Shown in pieces: positions 25,901-37,638 of a stretch of DNA of 64,000 bases (the stretch's first letter is position 1; each line of letters opens with the position of its first letter). Source of the DNA: Camelus dromedarius. Lineage: Eukaryota. The stretch covers positions 115,136,001 to 115,200,000 of the forward strand of contig NC_087437.1 in NCBI RefSeq assembly GCF_036321535.1. The letters are read 5' to 3'. The translations under genes and the position numbers were made by a program. A model generated the notes under the pieces. That model ran no database searches and was not told the origin of the DNA. It was given only the letters and a program-made list of their open reading frames with translations.

Positions 25901-26730
25901 TTAGATGTAGAAATGCTGCGATTACACAGGTCCATTTATCACACCTCCACTGTCCTTTATACTAGAGTTGTCATATGTATGACATCAACATACACAAGAT
26001 TATGCAAGGTGATGTTATAATTTCTTCTTTAAACAGTCATATATATTTTCAGAAAATTAAGTGTAAAAATTTATTTTAAATGTATTCAGATATTTGCCAC
26101 TTCATTCCTCCCCAAAGATACAACATTCCATCTGCCATATGTCCCTTCACCCTCTGGAACTCCCTTTGGCATGTCTTTCCAGCAGATCTGCACTATTACG
26201 AATTGTCTTAGTGTTCTTTTATGTGAAAATGTATTTTGCCTTCATTGTTGATGCAAAAACCTTGGCTGACAGGTTGTTTTCCTTTGAGCCCTTTAAAAAC
26301 ATCGTCCCACTCTCTTCTGGTCTCCATAAGTTTTGAAGAGAAACCCATGAACATTCAAATTATTGTTCCTCTGAAATGTAAAGTATCATTTTCCTCAGCT
26401 TGCTTTCAGTAGTTTCCCTTTGTCTTTGGCCTTTAGTGGTTTGTCGATGATGTGCCTTGGTCTATTTTTATCATATTTATCCTACTTGGGGTTTGCTAAA
26501 CTTCTCGAACCTGTCAATTTATGTCTTTCACCAAATTGGGGGATCATTTGGCCATTATTTCCTCAAATATTTTTTCTGCCCCATTCTTCTTCTCCCTCTA
26601 GGAGTCCAACTACACATATATTAGACATTTTGATATCCCACAGGTTCCTGAAGCTCAGCTTAATTTTTTTTCAATCTTCTCCTCTCTTCCTCAAATTGGA
26701 TAATTATTACTATTCTATTTTCAAATTCAG
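22950..26730 (-). mobile_element. Long, fragmented old L1M element(s)
   Basis: Antisense 3'UTR and ORF2 remnants. ORF 25046-25261 (DLNNTVNHLHLIDVYRTLH...FFSSAHGIFTKGDYMQGHKTSL) is typical of the L1 endonuclease region. Confidence 0.88.
24360..24500 (-). mobile_element. tRNA-Ala-derived SINE inserted in L1
   Basis: Poly-T, then ggtaattaagtttacttatt...ggggattgaacccaca...ctctaccacttgagctata. Flanked by ccagcac on both sides. Confidence 0.9.
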
Positions 26731-26899
26731 AGAACCTGAGAACATGAGGAAGATACAATTAAATTCATTATGGCCTATATTTGAAGGCTTATTATAAACT
26801 AAAAGAAGCTAAAAGAGACATGCCAGTCTAATTTTTAAAGGAAACTGTACTAACTAAAGATGACCTGTACCACCTGAAATTCAAGGAAATAAGGAAATG

Positions 26900-27140
26900 A
26901 CTATTGTTGAGCACCTATTACTACTACTGACATCAGTACAGTACAGGAACTACACTGGCATTTTCATATATACCATTTGATTTAATCCAGATCACAACCC
27001 ATTAATATATTAATAGTAATAATATTATTGTCCATATTTTACAGATAATAACACAGAGGAACAAACAAGTAAGTTGCCCCACTAGTAAGCTCAAGAACTG
27101 GAACTTTAAGTAGGACTGCTATTATCGTCCTTTCTACCAC
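26900..27140 (-). mobile_element. MIR SINE
   Basis: ttgagcacctatt...tttaatcc...acaaccc...attattgtccatattttacagat. Confidence 0.65.
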
Positions 27141-27190
27141 ACATCTCATTAAAAAAGTTTTTAGAAATTCCCTAAGAATTAGATGTGTCA

Positions 27191-27324
27191 GGGGGAGGGT
27201 ATAGCTCAAGCAGTAGAGCTTAGTGTGTATGAGGTCCTGGGTTAAACCCCCAGTACCTCTTCTAAAAGCAAATAAATAAACCTAATTACCTCCCCCACCA
27301 AAATAAACAAACAAACATAAAAAA
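27191..27324 (+). mobile_element. tRNA-Ala-derived SINE with a perfect 17-bp TSD
   Basis: TSD aagaattagatgtgtca at 27174-27190 and 27325-27341. Confidence 0.95.
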
Positions 27325-27344
27325 AAGAATTAGATGTGTCAGCC

Positions 27345-27440
27345 AGCCTGATTTCCTTTTGTCACACAATTAGTATATAAGTAGATGTTAGAAGTATAGG
27401 GGACACAGTGTACTAGGATTTCAGCAAAGCATCTGTGGAA
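27345..27440 (+). mobile_element. CR1/L3 LINE remnant (further possible pieces at about 26740-26880 and 28340-28575)
   Basis: gacacagtgtactaggatttcagcaaagca translates DTVY*DFSKA, resembling the CR1 RT motif DxxYLDFSKAFD. ctggaatgagctgcctc near 28555 resembles a CR1 3' end. Confidence 0.5.
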
Positions 27441-27449
27441 AGTAACATA

Positions 27450-27690
27450 GTGTTTGGGGCTGGGAATTTAGGCTCGAGACAAATCTTTTAAATGCAGCTT
27501 CCACCATTTAACTCTTTATGTGGCTCTGGCCAAGCCATTTAAATTCCCTAAGCAATAGTTCCCTCTCTCTTAAAATGGGAACTATAACAGCATGCGTCTT
27601 ACAGAGTTGTGGTAGACTGAATAGGAAAAATGTACAGTAACTGCCATGCAGTAAATGCCAAATTAATGTTACCTATTATTATTATTATTA
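27450..27690 (+). mobile_element. MIR SINE
   Basis: tgtggctctggccaagccatttaaattccctaagc...taaaatgggaactataacag...agagttgtggtagactgaa. Confidence 0.75.
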
Positions 27691-30219
27691 AAGCATAGCA
27701 TTCTGTGGACAAAAGATAAAATAATACAAAACCATTATATAATAGTGATGAAATATTTAAGTAACAAGAAATATCATTAACCTCATCCTGTTCAACTTCT
27801 ACCAATGTATGCTTTTGTTTTATAATTTTCCAATTATCTTCTAAAAAAGAAATATTGTAATGGGATCACTCAAGACATACAGAACTGCTGGCTCGAAAAG
27901 AAATATGCTTATTATTTATAATAGGAAATCACTGGAAATGACAGGAATGCATTAGTAGAAGATTGCTTAAATAAATTATGGTCAAACTATATGCACCTAG
28001 TGAAAGACATGTTTTTAGCAGACCATTTGACTGCATGAGAAATGCTTATTTCATATATAATATAATCACAATTTTATATATGCATATAGGAGGATAAAAA
28101 TATGAAATACAGCAAAATATTAATATTATCTTTCAAAGGTAGTGAGGTTATAGATGATTTTCATCTCTTTATTTTAAATTTCTATATTTCCAAGTTTTCT
28201 ATAATGAGCAAGAATTATTTTTATAGTTGGAAAATATTTTGGGAAAAATTAATTTGAGCAGTTTTCTGCCATGACCAGCTTTCTATCAAGGTTTCTGGTC
28301 CCTCAGACCTAAAGTTTTGATCTCCGACATGGAGATGTAAAGAAATCTTTATTACCGAAGATACTTAAAGAAAAGATGACATGGGGATAAAGAAAGCCAT
28401 AATAACCACCTTTAAATATCTTTATCTATCTTAACTAGTTAACAAATATCTTACCTATCATTTAGTAGAAATGTACGTTTTCTCTGTCTGGATGCATGGC
28501 CAGATCTGCTTTTTGAAAAGGACCCATCCTGGGAGAAAGCACCATCCTAAGATACTGGAATGAGCTGCCTCAAGTTATAAGAGCCCAACACATATTTGTT
28601 AACTGAACAAATAGCAGGAATTCATTCACCATCAGGGTGCTCAGACACACCCAAACATCAGAAGGTGTTCGGGCAGTAGGTACGGACGGGGTGACTGGAC
28701 TTTAGGCAAGTCCCAGATCTAAGAGTTTTGTGATACACTCTTGGTCTGATTTCAGGCTTAGATGTCAAATCCTCATTCTATCCCAATTATAACATCGTGC
28801 TGGAAAATTTTGGTCTGCTTCATGGCAGTTTTCCAGGTGCCACAGTAAAGGGGTGAAATTGCCTATAATCTTACAAGGATGCTCTATCTCCATCGACCTG
28901 GAGGGAGTACTCCAAGAGGGCCTCTAAGGACCTTTAACACGTGGGGGCCACTTACATTTGGCATCAAAAAGAAGAGATGAGAAGGCAGGGCAAGGGAACA
29001 GAAAGGAAGAAAACCTAAACCAAGAGCTACAGGAGGCATTTTTGTTGAGTTTTTTAAACAAAAGCAAAACCAATTTCTTGTCAGACAAGCTCTACATCTG
29101 AGATTCACAACCCCAGTTGGCAACAACCAAGTTTCTTGTATTATACCTCCAGAGATACTGCAGAATGTTAAAAAATTAAATTACATTTCATTTTGTTTAA
29201 GTTTAAAAGAGAGAAAGTGCCATAGCAGATTTTCAGAAGTAGGATGGAAACTAAAGATTACAAATAAAAATTCCAGGAAAGCAGGGGAAAGCCACAACTT
29301 GTATAAATCCTCCACCTCAAACTCCCCACTGTTGTTCTAGCAAATGTGACCCATACTCCCATCCCAGGGCAGATTCTACACTCTCTGTTAAGGAGCCAAG
29401 CAAGCGTTAATGAAACTTCAAAATCTAAAATGTTGCCCAAGACCTCATGTAGAACAAGTACACACCTGCCAAACTTCTCCTCTGCCATTCACCCCACTGC
29501 CTCTCCCTGCACTGCACCCTCCCAGAGCACTCCTAAGGGTCCTGTGATCCGAGGGCCATTCACCACAGATGAGTTCTCTCCTCCAATCTCATCGCCTCTT
29601 AAATTCTGGGTGTTTGAAATGGAAGCAATTCCAACAGAGGTATTTCCCCTCAAATATCACTCATCTCTAATTCAAGGCATTCAAATAACCACCTGGACAG
29701 TTGCCCCTGAAGACAAAAGCTGCTTAGTTTACAAGGGCATGGAACCCACCTAGGTTTCTCTGGGTTCCAGAAGGGAACCACAGTTACTCAAACACCACTA
29801 TTATTAGTCTATTGTAAACTCTGAATGATGCTGAGTTTTATAAATAATATACATACAGCTTGGACATGACACTTAATAACCAAAGATTAACATGGTGCAA
29901 TCCATTTTGATTGCACAGCACACCCAAAGGAGATAGAGAGAGCACATCTCATAAGAGATAAACTTACATTTCCACTGCCTTAAATCCTCTTAGAATGAGG
30001 CAGGGTATAAAAATATCCAGCCGACCAGTCGTCCAGCCATTAAGATATAAGTGTCCCCAGTCAGATGGGCCTGCGTGTCCAAGTTGGAAGAACCTTGCCA
30101 GTGTCTTGACACCCATACCCTGAGGAGCCTGGGCTCTAAGAAGGCTCCCAGCCCCATTTGTACAAAAGGGTATTTTACTTGAAAGAAGCTTTCTTGCTTA
30201 AAAAAAAAAAATTAAGCCA

Positions 30220-30370
30220 CACATCTAGTACAACCCTCTCATTTTACAGATGAATAAACAGGCACAGAGAGGTTGAGTGTTTCACCCAACATCACACAGC
30301 TGGTGTGCCTAAATAACACAGATAAAACTACAGCCTAAGTTCCAGGGTTGTTGACACTGCCACCCTACCA
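30220..30370 (-). mobile_element. MIR SINE
   Basis: cattttacagatgaataaacaggcacagagaggttgagtg...cacccaacatcacacagctgg. Confidence 0.8.
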
Positions 30371-31154
30371 TGTAGTTTCATTTTTAAGTAAGTTCTATAT
30401 ACTCATTTTATCCAATTTTAAACTATAAAAACTACATTGGCATCTGGGTGACCTCTGGGAAAAAAGATAGGTGCAGACCTCACCATAATTCCTTCCCCTT
30501 CTCTTGTCTCCTCTACCCTTCCCACATCTCAAGAAAAGATTTTCCTGCCAGGCAATGACTTCATCACTTTCCTTCTCACTAATTTGAATACTCTTGTGGG
30601 AGAGCCAAGCAAAAAATGAAAATGATGAATGACTCCTTGTGCAATGCAAAAAAAATGTGGTGTTTGGGATCTCAACGTGATGGAATACCCCTCATGCAGA
30701 AACAGAACACGCTTCTATCCAAAACAAAAAAGCAGAAACAAGGGTATTTCAGTGTTTGGCCAAATGGTAGGTGTGCAAAAGATTTTAAAGGGGCAGATGA
30801 AAGCAAATCAACCCTCACCTCCAAAACAGGTAAGTGTTTAATTTGAAAGAAAAACAGAAGTTTTTCTAAAGAAATCATAAAGCAAAGTCAGGGGAGAAAT
30901 GGTAACAGGGAGAGGAATGGTGAATAGGGGCAAAGAAAAATATCTGCTTGATTATCGAACACATTTCCAGATTTTTACCAAAACACATTTTTAAACCTAG
31001 AGCTCAGCCTCCATCTTCTCACCACATGTACACAGGTAAGCAGTCACACTTGAACTATCATGAACACTAAATTCTAGGGATATTTTTAAATTTTTCCACA
31101 TATAAATTAATGTTAATTAATAAACCAAGTTTGGGGTTTTATATATTTAGAGAA

Positions 31155-31710
31155 GTTATTTTTAATTGATATATATATTTGAGATATAACACTGTAAAAG
31201 TAAGGTGTACATGTTAATTTGACACATATATTGTAGTATCATTGCTATTTGTAGCAATAATTAGCATCTTCATGATGTTACATAATTATCATTTCTTTTT
31301 AGGGGTTGGAATAATTAGGTTCTGGTCTCTTGCAAGTTTGATGATTATAATACCATCTTTTTTTTTTAATGGAGGTACTGGGGATAGAACCCAGGACCTT
31401 GTGCATGCTAAGCACACGCTCTACCACTAAGCTACTACATCCCCCACATACAATATTGTTGTCTACATTCACTACACTGTGCATTAGATCGCTAAGACTT
31501 AGTTACTACTCATTGCAAGTCTGTATCGTTAAACAACATCTATTCTCCTCTCCTACCCTCCAGCTCCTGTCAACCATCACTGTACTCTGTTTTTATAAGT
31601 TCGGCTTTTTCAGATTCCCCATATAAGTGACACTGTGCAGTAGTTCTCTTCCTCTGTCTAACTGATCTCACTTAGCATAATGTCCCCAAGATCTAACCAT
31701 AGTGTCATAT
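31155..31710 (-). mobile_element. L1 (MA-like) 3' end, interrupted by a SINE
   Basis: Antisense L1 3'UTR (gctcctgtcaaccatcactgtactctgttttt...agattccccatataagtga...cacttagcataatgtcc). Confidence 0.8.
31358..31446 (-). mobile_element. tRNA-Ala-derived SINE (short form)
   Basis: ttttttttaatggaggtactggggatagaacccaggaccttgtgcatgctaagcacacgctctaccactaagcta. Confidence 0.9.
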
Positions 31711-33089
31711 AACCGAATTTCTTAAATGCTGTTTTCTTATCATACATCTCTTGCTGCATTAGAACCTTGGAACATACTGTCAGTCTTTACTTTTACTATT
31801 TCCAAGCAGTGGCCATCAGCAGTCTGCATAAGGGAAAAGTGCCCATTAGTTGGTAGGTGAAGGGGAGATTAAACCAGCACTTGCTGACCACCCGCTCCAC
31901 GTCAGAGGCTGTCTGACAGGCTTTACATTTTGCTGTTCACTTTGACCCCCTGAGACAGGAGTCACATTTCTAAATGGGCGTCACTACACCTTACTCATTT
32001 TAAGATGAGAGAGAAGTCATGAAATTCACCCCAGGTCAGTAGCCAACGAAGCTCCAAGGCCTGTGCGGCTGCCAGGATTCCCTGTTGCCCTGCCCCATAA
32101 GCCAGATTTCTAATAAGCTCATTTTGGGTGCCCCAAAGTCATTTAAATGGTCCTGTTGCTAAGAAATAACTCTTCTGCAGTCTATAACTATAGCAGAAAA
32201 CTTTCAACCCATCAACAGATTCAACTTCCTTCTCAACTACAGTTAACACTCTTGGCTTTCTCTCTAGGAGAAATCTGAACTGAGGGGGAAAAAAAGAACT
32301 CCCCGTCAGCATCTTTACTGATTGCCTTCTCTAGCCCAAAAGCTTGCTTTACCTTGCATTACTTTTCTGCAGTCTTTTTACTTATTCAAATGTAACAGAG
32401 GCATTTGACAAAATGAGTATCAAGTATAGTATAAAATCAAGCAATTCTGCAGAGTAATAAATATCTAGAATGTTTAAGGAAATTCAAGAGAATGAAGCAA
32501 TATCAAACCCATGCTTTCTGACTGACAAAAAAGGTTCAGGGTCTCAAGGAAGATGTGGGTAATGCACAAGGCATACCACGGGGCTGATAAAAATGCTCAA
32601 ACAGTTGAAGATTTGGCCCTTTTGATCCGGTGCTTGTTACCTATGAAAACGATAAAGTGTTAAGATTTAAATAAAGAGAAAAAATTTGATAAAAAAAGAG
32701 AACTGGATGCACATATTTTAAGGGAAACACACACAGGGACAATCAACTATGTTTTCTCATCTTTCAAGAGAAGCTGGACTCCAACAATACATTTTTGGCA
32801 AAACAGTAACTAGTGATGAGCCATTGTGCTTCTAGTATGATGAGAAAAAACTGCCAAAATGTTCAACAAAAACTCAACCCCAAGAAAACACACATCACGA
32901 TCTTGGGCCAAGATGACAATGATTTGTTTCACGGACGTTCATAAGCACCACAGTTGGAAGAATGGAATGTGAAGGTCAAAAAGAAAAGAAGAATCACATC
33001 TAAAGTGTAAATAATAAAGAGAGTTCAATAAATATGAGCTATGAACTAAGAGGCTCGCCTTTAGACGCCCTTCAGGACACCCTCACCCT

Positions 33090-33216
33090 ACTCTGGAGTG
33101 GAATGTAGGCTCCTAGAAGGAAGGCCCCACATCTGCTGTATCCCCACTGGGTCCCAGGGCCTAGCACAGAGTCCTACACACAGCTGGTGCTGAAGAGAAA
33201 TTGGCTGACTGAACTT
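33090..33216 (+). mobile_element. L2 3' end
   Basis: gaatgtaggctcctagaagg...cccagggcctagcacagagtcct...ttggctgactgaa. Confidence 0.6.
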
Positions 33217-33455
33217 AAAAAGGGAAAGAAAAGAAAAGAAAAGAAAAGAAAAGAAAAGAAAAGAAAAGAAAAGAAAAGAAAAGAAAAGAAAAGAAAAGAA
33301 AAGAAAAGAAAAGAAAAGAAAAGGAAAGGAAAGGAAAGGAAAGGAAAGAAAAGGAAAGAAAAGGAAAGAAAAGGAAAGAAAAGAGAAGGAAAGGAAAGGA
33401 AAGGAAAGGAAAGGAAAGGAAAGGAAAGGAAAGGAAAGGAAAGGAAAGGAAAAAG
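33217..33455. repeat. Compound pentanucleotide microsatellite: (AAAAG)19, then mixed and (AAAGG)n; pure purine
   Basis: Seen directly. No pyrimidine on the + strand over 239 bp. Confidence 0.97.
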
Positions 33456-33459
33456 CTGA

Positions 33460-33600
33460 GACTATTATAAGCTACTTTTGCAGATAAGGAAACGGTAGCT
33501 TGAAAGGTTAGTGATTTGCCCAACGTTATTAACACAGTAAAAGGTGGAACTGGGATTCCAACCCAGGGCAGCAATACCCCATGCTGCGGTCTAAGCCCCT
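33460..33600 (-). mobile_element. MIR SINE
   Basis: ttttgcagataaggaaac...aaggttagtgatttgcccaa...ggaactgggattccaacccagg. Confidence 0.75.
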
Positions 33601-36600
33601 TGGTCAAACCAAGATGTGTGATCCTCAGTCACGCAAAATGAGTGAATGTGGGGAACTATGCAGTTGCTGTGAATACCTCCCACAATGGATACTCTACCAC
33701 AGGGTCTAGTTTTTTCCCTAAAAGTCTGGTATACCCTCAGAAGATTAAGACTGCCACCATTGAGAACATGCAAACGACTGTACTGTGAATTTGGAAGAGG
33801 GCTCCAAAGAAAGGGCTTCCACTGTGTTTCCAGCACCGCGGAACCACCATAATGGCCGGTCAGTTTGTTCTACCAGCCCCTGAGGTGTTCCATCACTCTC
33901 CTGGCCTCAGCATGATGGTCACATTCAGTCTCACTCTTCTGTACAGTAGAAGTTAGGATCTTTCAGGTTGTTAAACGTTGTTCAACATTGACAGAGAGAG
34001 AAAGAAGGTTCGATTCTAATGAAAATGCTATCTAAATAGAACACGTTGTAACCATCACAGAATAGCAATCATAATAAGTTTATTCTATTTCAAAAAAGCC
34101 AGTTATAAAATGTAAAAATAAACATCCTAGAACACTAAAAATTAATGTGGAGGCTTTTCTGGAAAGTAATAGGCCATTTTATAATTCAATTCCAGGAGCT
34201 TGGCACATGAAAGGTTAACTTATTCAGGTGTTGAATTGAGACCCAAAAACAAGCTTTTAATGGAGAACTTGCCAGAATAACTCTTTGGTCATGACCACCA
34301 GAGTCAAAGGCCGGAGTTATATTCTAAACCTTAATTTAGAAGTAAACATTAAAATGAAGATTTCTTTAAAATTCTCCAATAATTTTCACTTTAAAAGTAC
34401 CAAACTGGCCCATAAAAAAAGCTCACGCTAATTATTCCAAAGCAATCAACTTCTTAAAAACCCTTTATTTCACAATTAGGCTAACATCCCATTAATTTGG
34501 GACTCTTATCAACGTATTTATTCTTTGCTCATTACCTATGTGCACATTAAGAGCACACCAATAACACAATACAGGCATTAATATGTAAAACATCAACAAA
34601 AGCCATCTGGAAAGCTAATGAATAATCAAGGGATTTCAAATTAAACTACAGAATTTTCCCCTAGAATCTTTAGGACAACACTGTCAAGTTTAATCTATTC
34701 ACTTCGCCTCCAGAATCAATTTGTCAAACTTTATGACAGGTCTAATCGCTTCCACCTGTGTCTCTAGCTTGACTCCTGACTGGCATGCTACCAGCCAGGG
34801 TGGAAATGTAGACAAAGACCCCTATTAGGATCCGGCTGTTTCTCTACTGTGAGGTCACTCAGCCATTAAATTAGTTCCAGCCCAATTTCTGTCCTCTCAG
34901 GCCTCAGCTTCAGGGGAGGAGGGTGCGCAGTAGAGCGAGTTAGGGGAGCAGAATCAGAAGGGGGAAAGGAGTTAAGAGATGTCTAGGGCTGACTAGACAT
35001 GTACGCATAGAGGTGAGGAGCTGGAACTGGTTCCAAAATGTGAAACAAAAATACTAACTTTCTTAAATGATGCTGGCTATTTTCCCCTGTGCAATTTCCC
35101 CAAACACTTTTTAATGACTTTATGGGATTATTTTTTCCTTTCTTTCCTTTGCTTGTAGAAAGTCAACTGTCTCCCATACAAAGTTTCCTCAACTAACATG
35201 AAACTAATTTACAAAACCATTTCAGCCCTCTGCAGGCATTAGAGGTTACTGAGAGCTAGAAAGACTAGCTCCGTGTAGGATTCTGACCCCAGGATCACTC
35301 AAAGGAGCTGAGTTGAAGGTGACTGGGGAGTGTCTTCTGCCCAAATCTCATAGCTGAGGAGAGCAAGGCCCGGGAGGGTGACACTGCCAAGGTTACAGAG
35401 CGAGTTGGTGATAAGTCTTCAGTTCTAGCACTTCCCTACCAGACTGTAAGCTTCATGGCATCAGGAGCAACGCCTGACACAGTAACTGCTCCAAAAACTT
35501 CACTGACTAGTCTACTGCTCTCCCTGCTGCGCCCACTTCTCTCTTTCTGCCCAAACTCCCGGGCTCAGACCAAGAAGGGTACACAGAACTGCACGGACTG
35601 AAATGTGCACTGAGATCTGCTTCTTCTGATGCGCTGTGAGGCAACGTAGGTGCCCTCCCCTTCATTTCATTCTCCCTCCAGTGCCTGATACAGTGCCTGG
35701 CATACAGCAGGCACTCCATAAATGCACATTCCATGTATGATGAAAGGAAACTGAAGCCTGAAAAATCAAGAGACTTATATAGTAAGCTTAAATGGTAAGT
35801 CTGAAATGGTAAAAAAAAAAAAAAAAAAATTATTTAATAAAGAAATCTAAATTATTCTTTACAAATGACAACCAGCCCATCCATGGCTTGTTTATTCAAG
35901 TATGTAAAGAAATCAATGTAAATAAAATTTGTGTTCATCCGGCTTACCACACACTGTAGCTTCACACATAAGTCAGTATCTGACAGCTGCTTGGTACAAG
36001 TCATCAAAAAAGATACCATCAGTTAAATAAAAGATGATTCCAAAACTATCACAATGACTCAGTTAGCCAGACTCTGTGCTCCAGGGTCTAGCTTTCCGAA
36101 TCATGCTTTCCCCACAGCTGAGGGTCAATCATCACTTACTGGGAGATTCAACAAAATGTTTAGTGCTCCTGACCAAGCCAGGGCAGAGTGAGCACCTTGA
36201 AGTGCTTGTCCAGCAGGGACGAGAGATGAGCAGTGGCCCATCCACACCCCCTTGTCTAGACCCCACCACCACCACCAGCTCACATTTGCAAATGGTTTCC
36301 TAGGTCTGTAGCTGTAGGACAGGACCATGGCACACAGTAAGGGTCACTGGTCCAGATCCAGTACTAAACCCTGGGACTCTATCCAACCAGCTGAGCTAGC
36401 TGGTCACAGGAAAACCTACCAGGAAATAGCATGGAGGGGAAAAAAAAGAAAGACTAAGTCAACCAAAATCAGCATTTCATCCAGCATTTCACCCTGACAA
36501 CAGAGTAGAAAACGCATTTCATGGTTGGAAATATCTGTCAGAGAAAATGACTGGAGTGGGGGATCCAGGGTGAAATTACCTCTTCTGACCAAACTTGGCT

Positions 36601-37175
36601 GGTGGCACAGCCCAGTCAGACTTCCGGGGAAGTGTCACTCACTCGCGTGGTCTTTGCTTTTTTATTTTTGGAGGGGGGTCCACAGGCCCTAGAGTTACCA
36701 GCAAGCAACTACCTTATTTCCCTCTGCTGCTCCTCCCCCCAGAGTTCTTTCTCTCTCCTCTCCTGAACCACTGACACAGCTTTAAAATCCACAGGGTGGG
36801 GCAGGAGGTGAAGGCAGTGGTGGTTCATGGCTTCAAGACCAGCCGGCTCTCCTACCCAGAGATCAAATGAAAGCTTTCAATATCCACCTTATGCCACAGT
36901 AGTTTAAGCTGGGTTTGTGGTTAAAGAAAAAAATGATGTCCTCCAATAATCTGTCGAAAGAGAACTTTCCAAATCCTCCTAGATTTATAATAACATAGAA
37001 AAAGACCTCTAATGACTTTGAGTAAGCAGTGAAATAAAACCAGCGTTACCTGTCAAGTAATTATTTCCACCTACGATTTTAAATCTTGTAAGCACTGAAG
37101 CTATCATATTGTATATTCTACTTAATGGCCTCCAGCTATTTTGTTTAGTAGTCTGACAAACAGAAAGTACATGCC

Positions 37176-37638
37176 TGTGACAAAGACTTCCATCTGTCCT
37201 CTAATGCCTAGCCTCCTCTCCTCCTTACTAACAGAGCCCTGATTTTCAGCTAGATTCATGGGTGCCAAGTAAAAAGACCACATTCATTTCCTAGCCTTCT
37301 TTGCAGATAGATATGGTCATGTGACTAGGTTCTAGCCCTAGGATAAAAACAAAAATGTCATGAGCAACCTCTGAAAAAGTCCGTGAAGAATGGGGGCACA
37401 GCCCTCTTTACCTCTCCTTCCTGCTTACTGGCTAAAATGAGAGAGAATATAAATGCTTGATTCATCTTTTGGACCACCTGCTGAGGGTGACAGAACTCAA
37501 CTGGGTCCTTAACACTGTGAGCCACACACTGGCCCTAGTCTGTCCATCTTATTTACAGGAAATAAACTTCAAGCCTGTTTAAGCCACTTTAATTTGGGAA
37601 TCCTTGTCTCACACAGCTGAACCTAATCCCGACTGACC
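37176..37638 (+). mobile_element. MaLR LTR (MLT1I/J-like)
   Basis: cttactaacagagccctgatttt...ggtcatgtgactaggttctagcc...aataaacttc...tgtttaagccact...acagctgaacctaatcc. Confidence 0.75.

Noticed and set aside
33187..33607. Lys/Arg/Glu-rich and Phe/Ser/Leu-rich ORFs
   Set aside because: These are translations of the (AAAAG)/(AAAGG) microsatellite.
33829..33849. REST/NRSE site (tccagcaccgcggaaccacca)
   Set aside because: Only the left half matches, and the conserved GACAG right half is absent.
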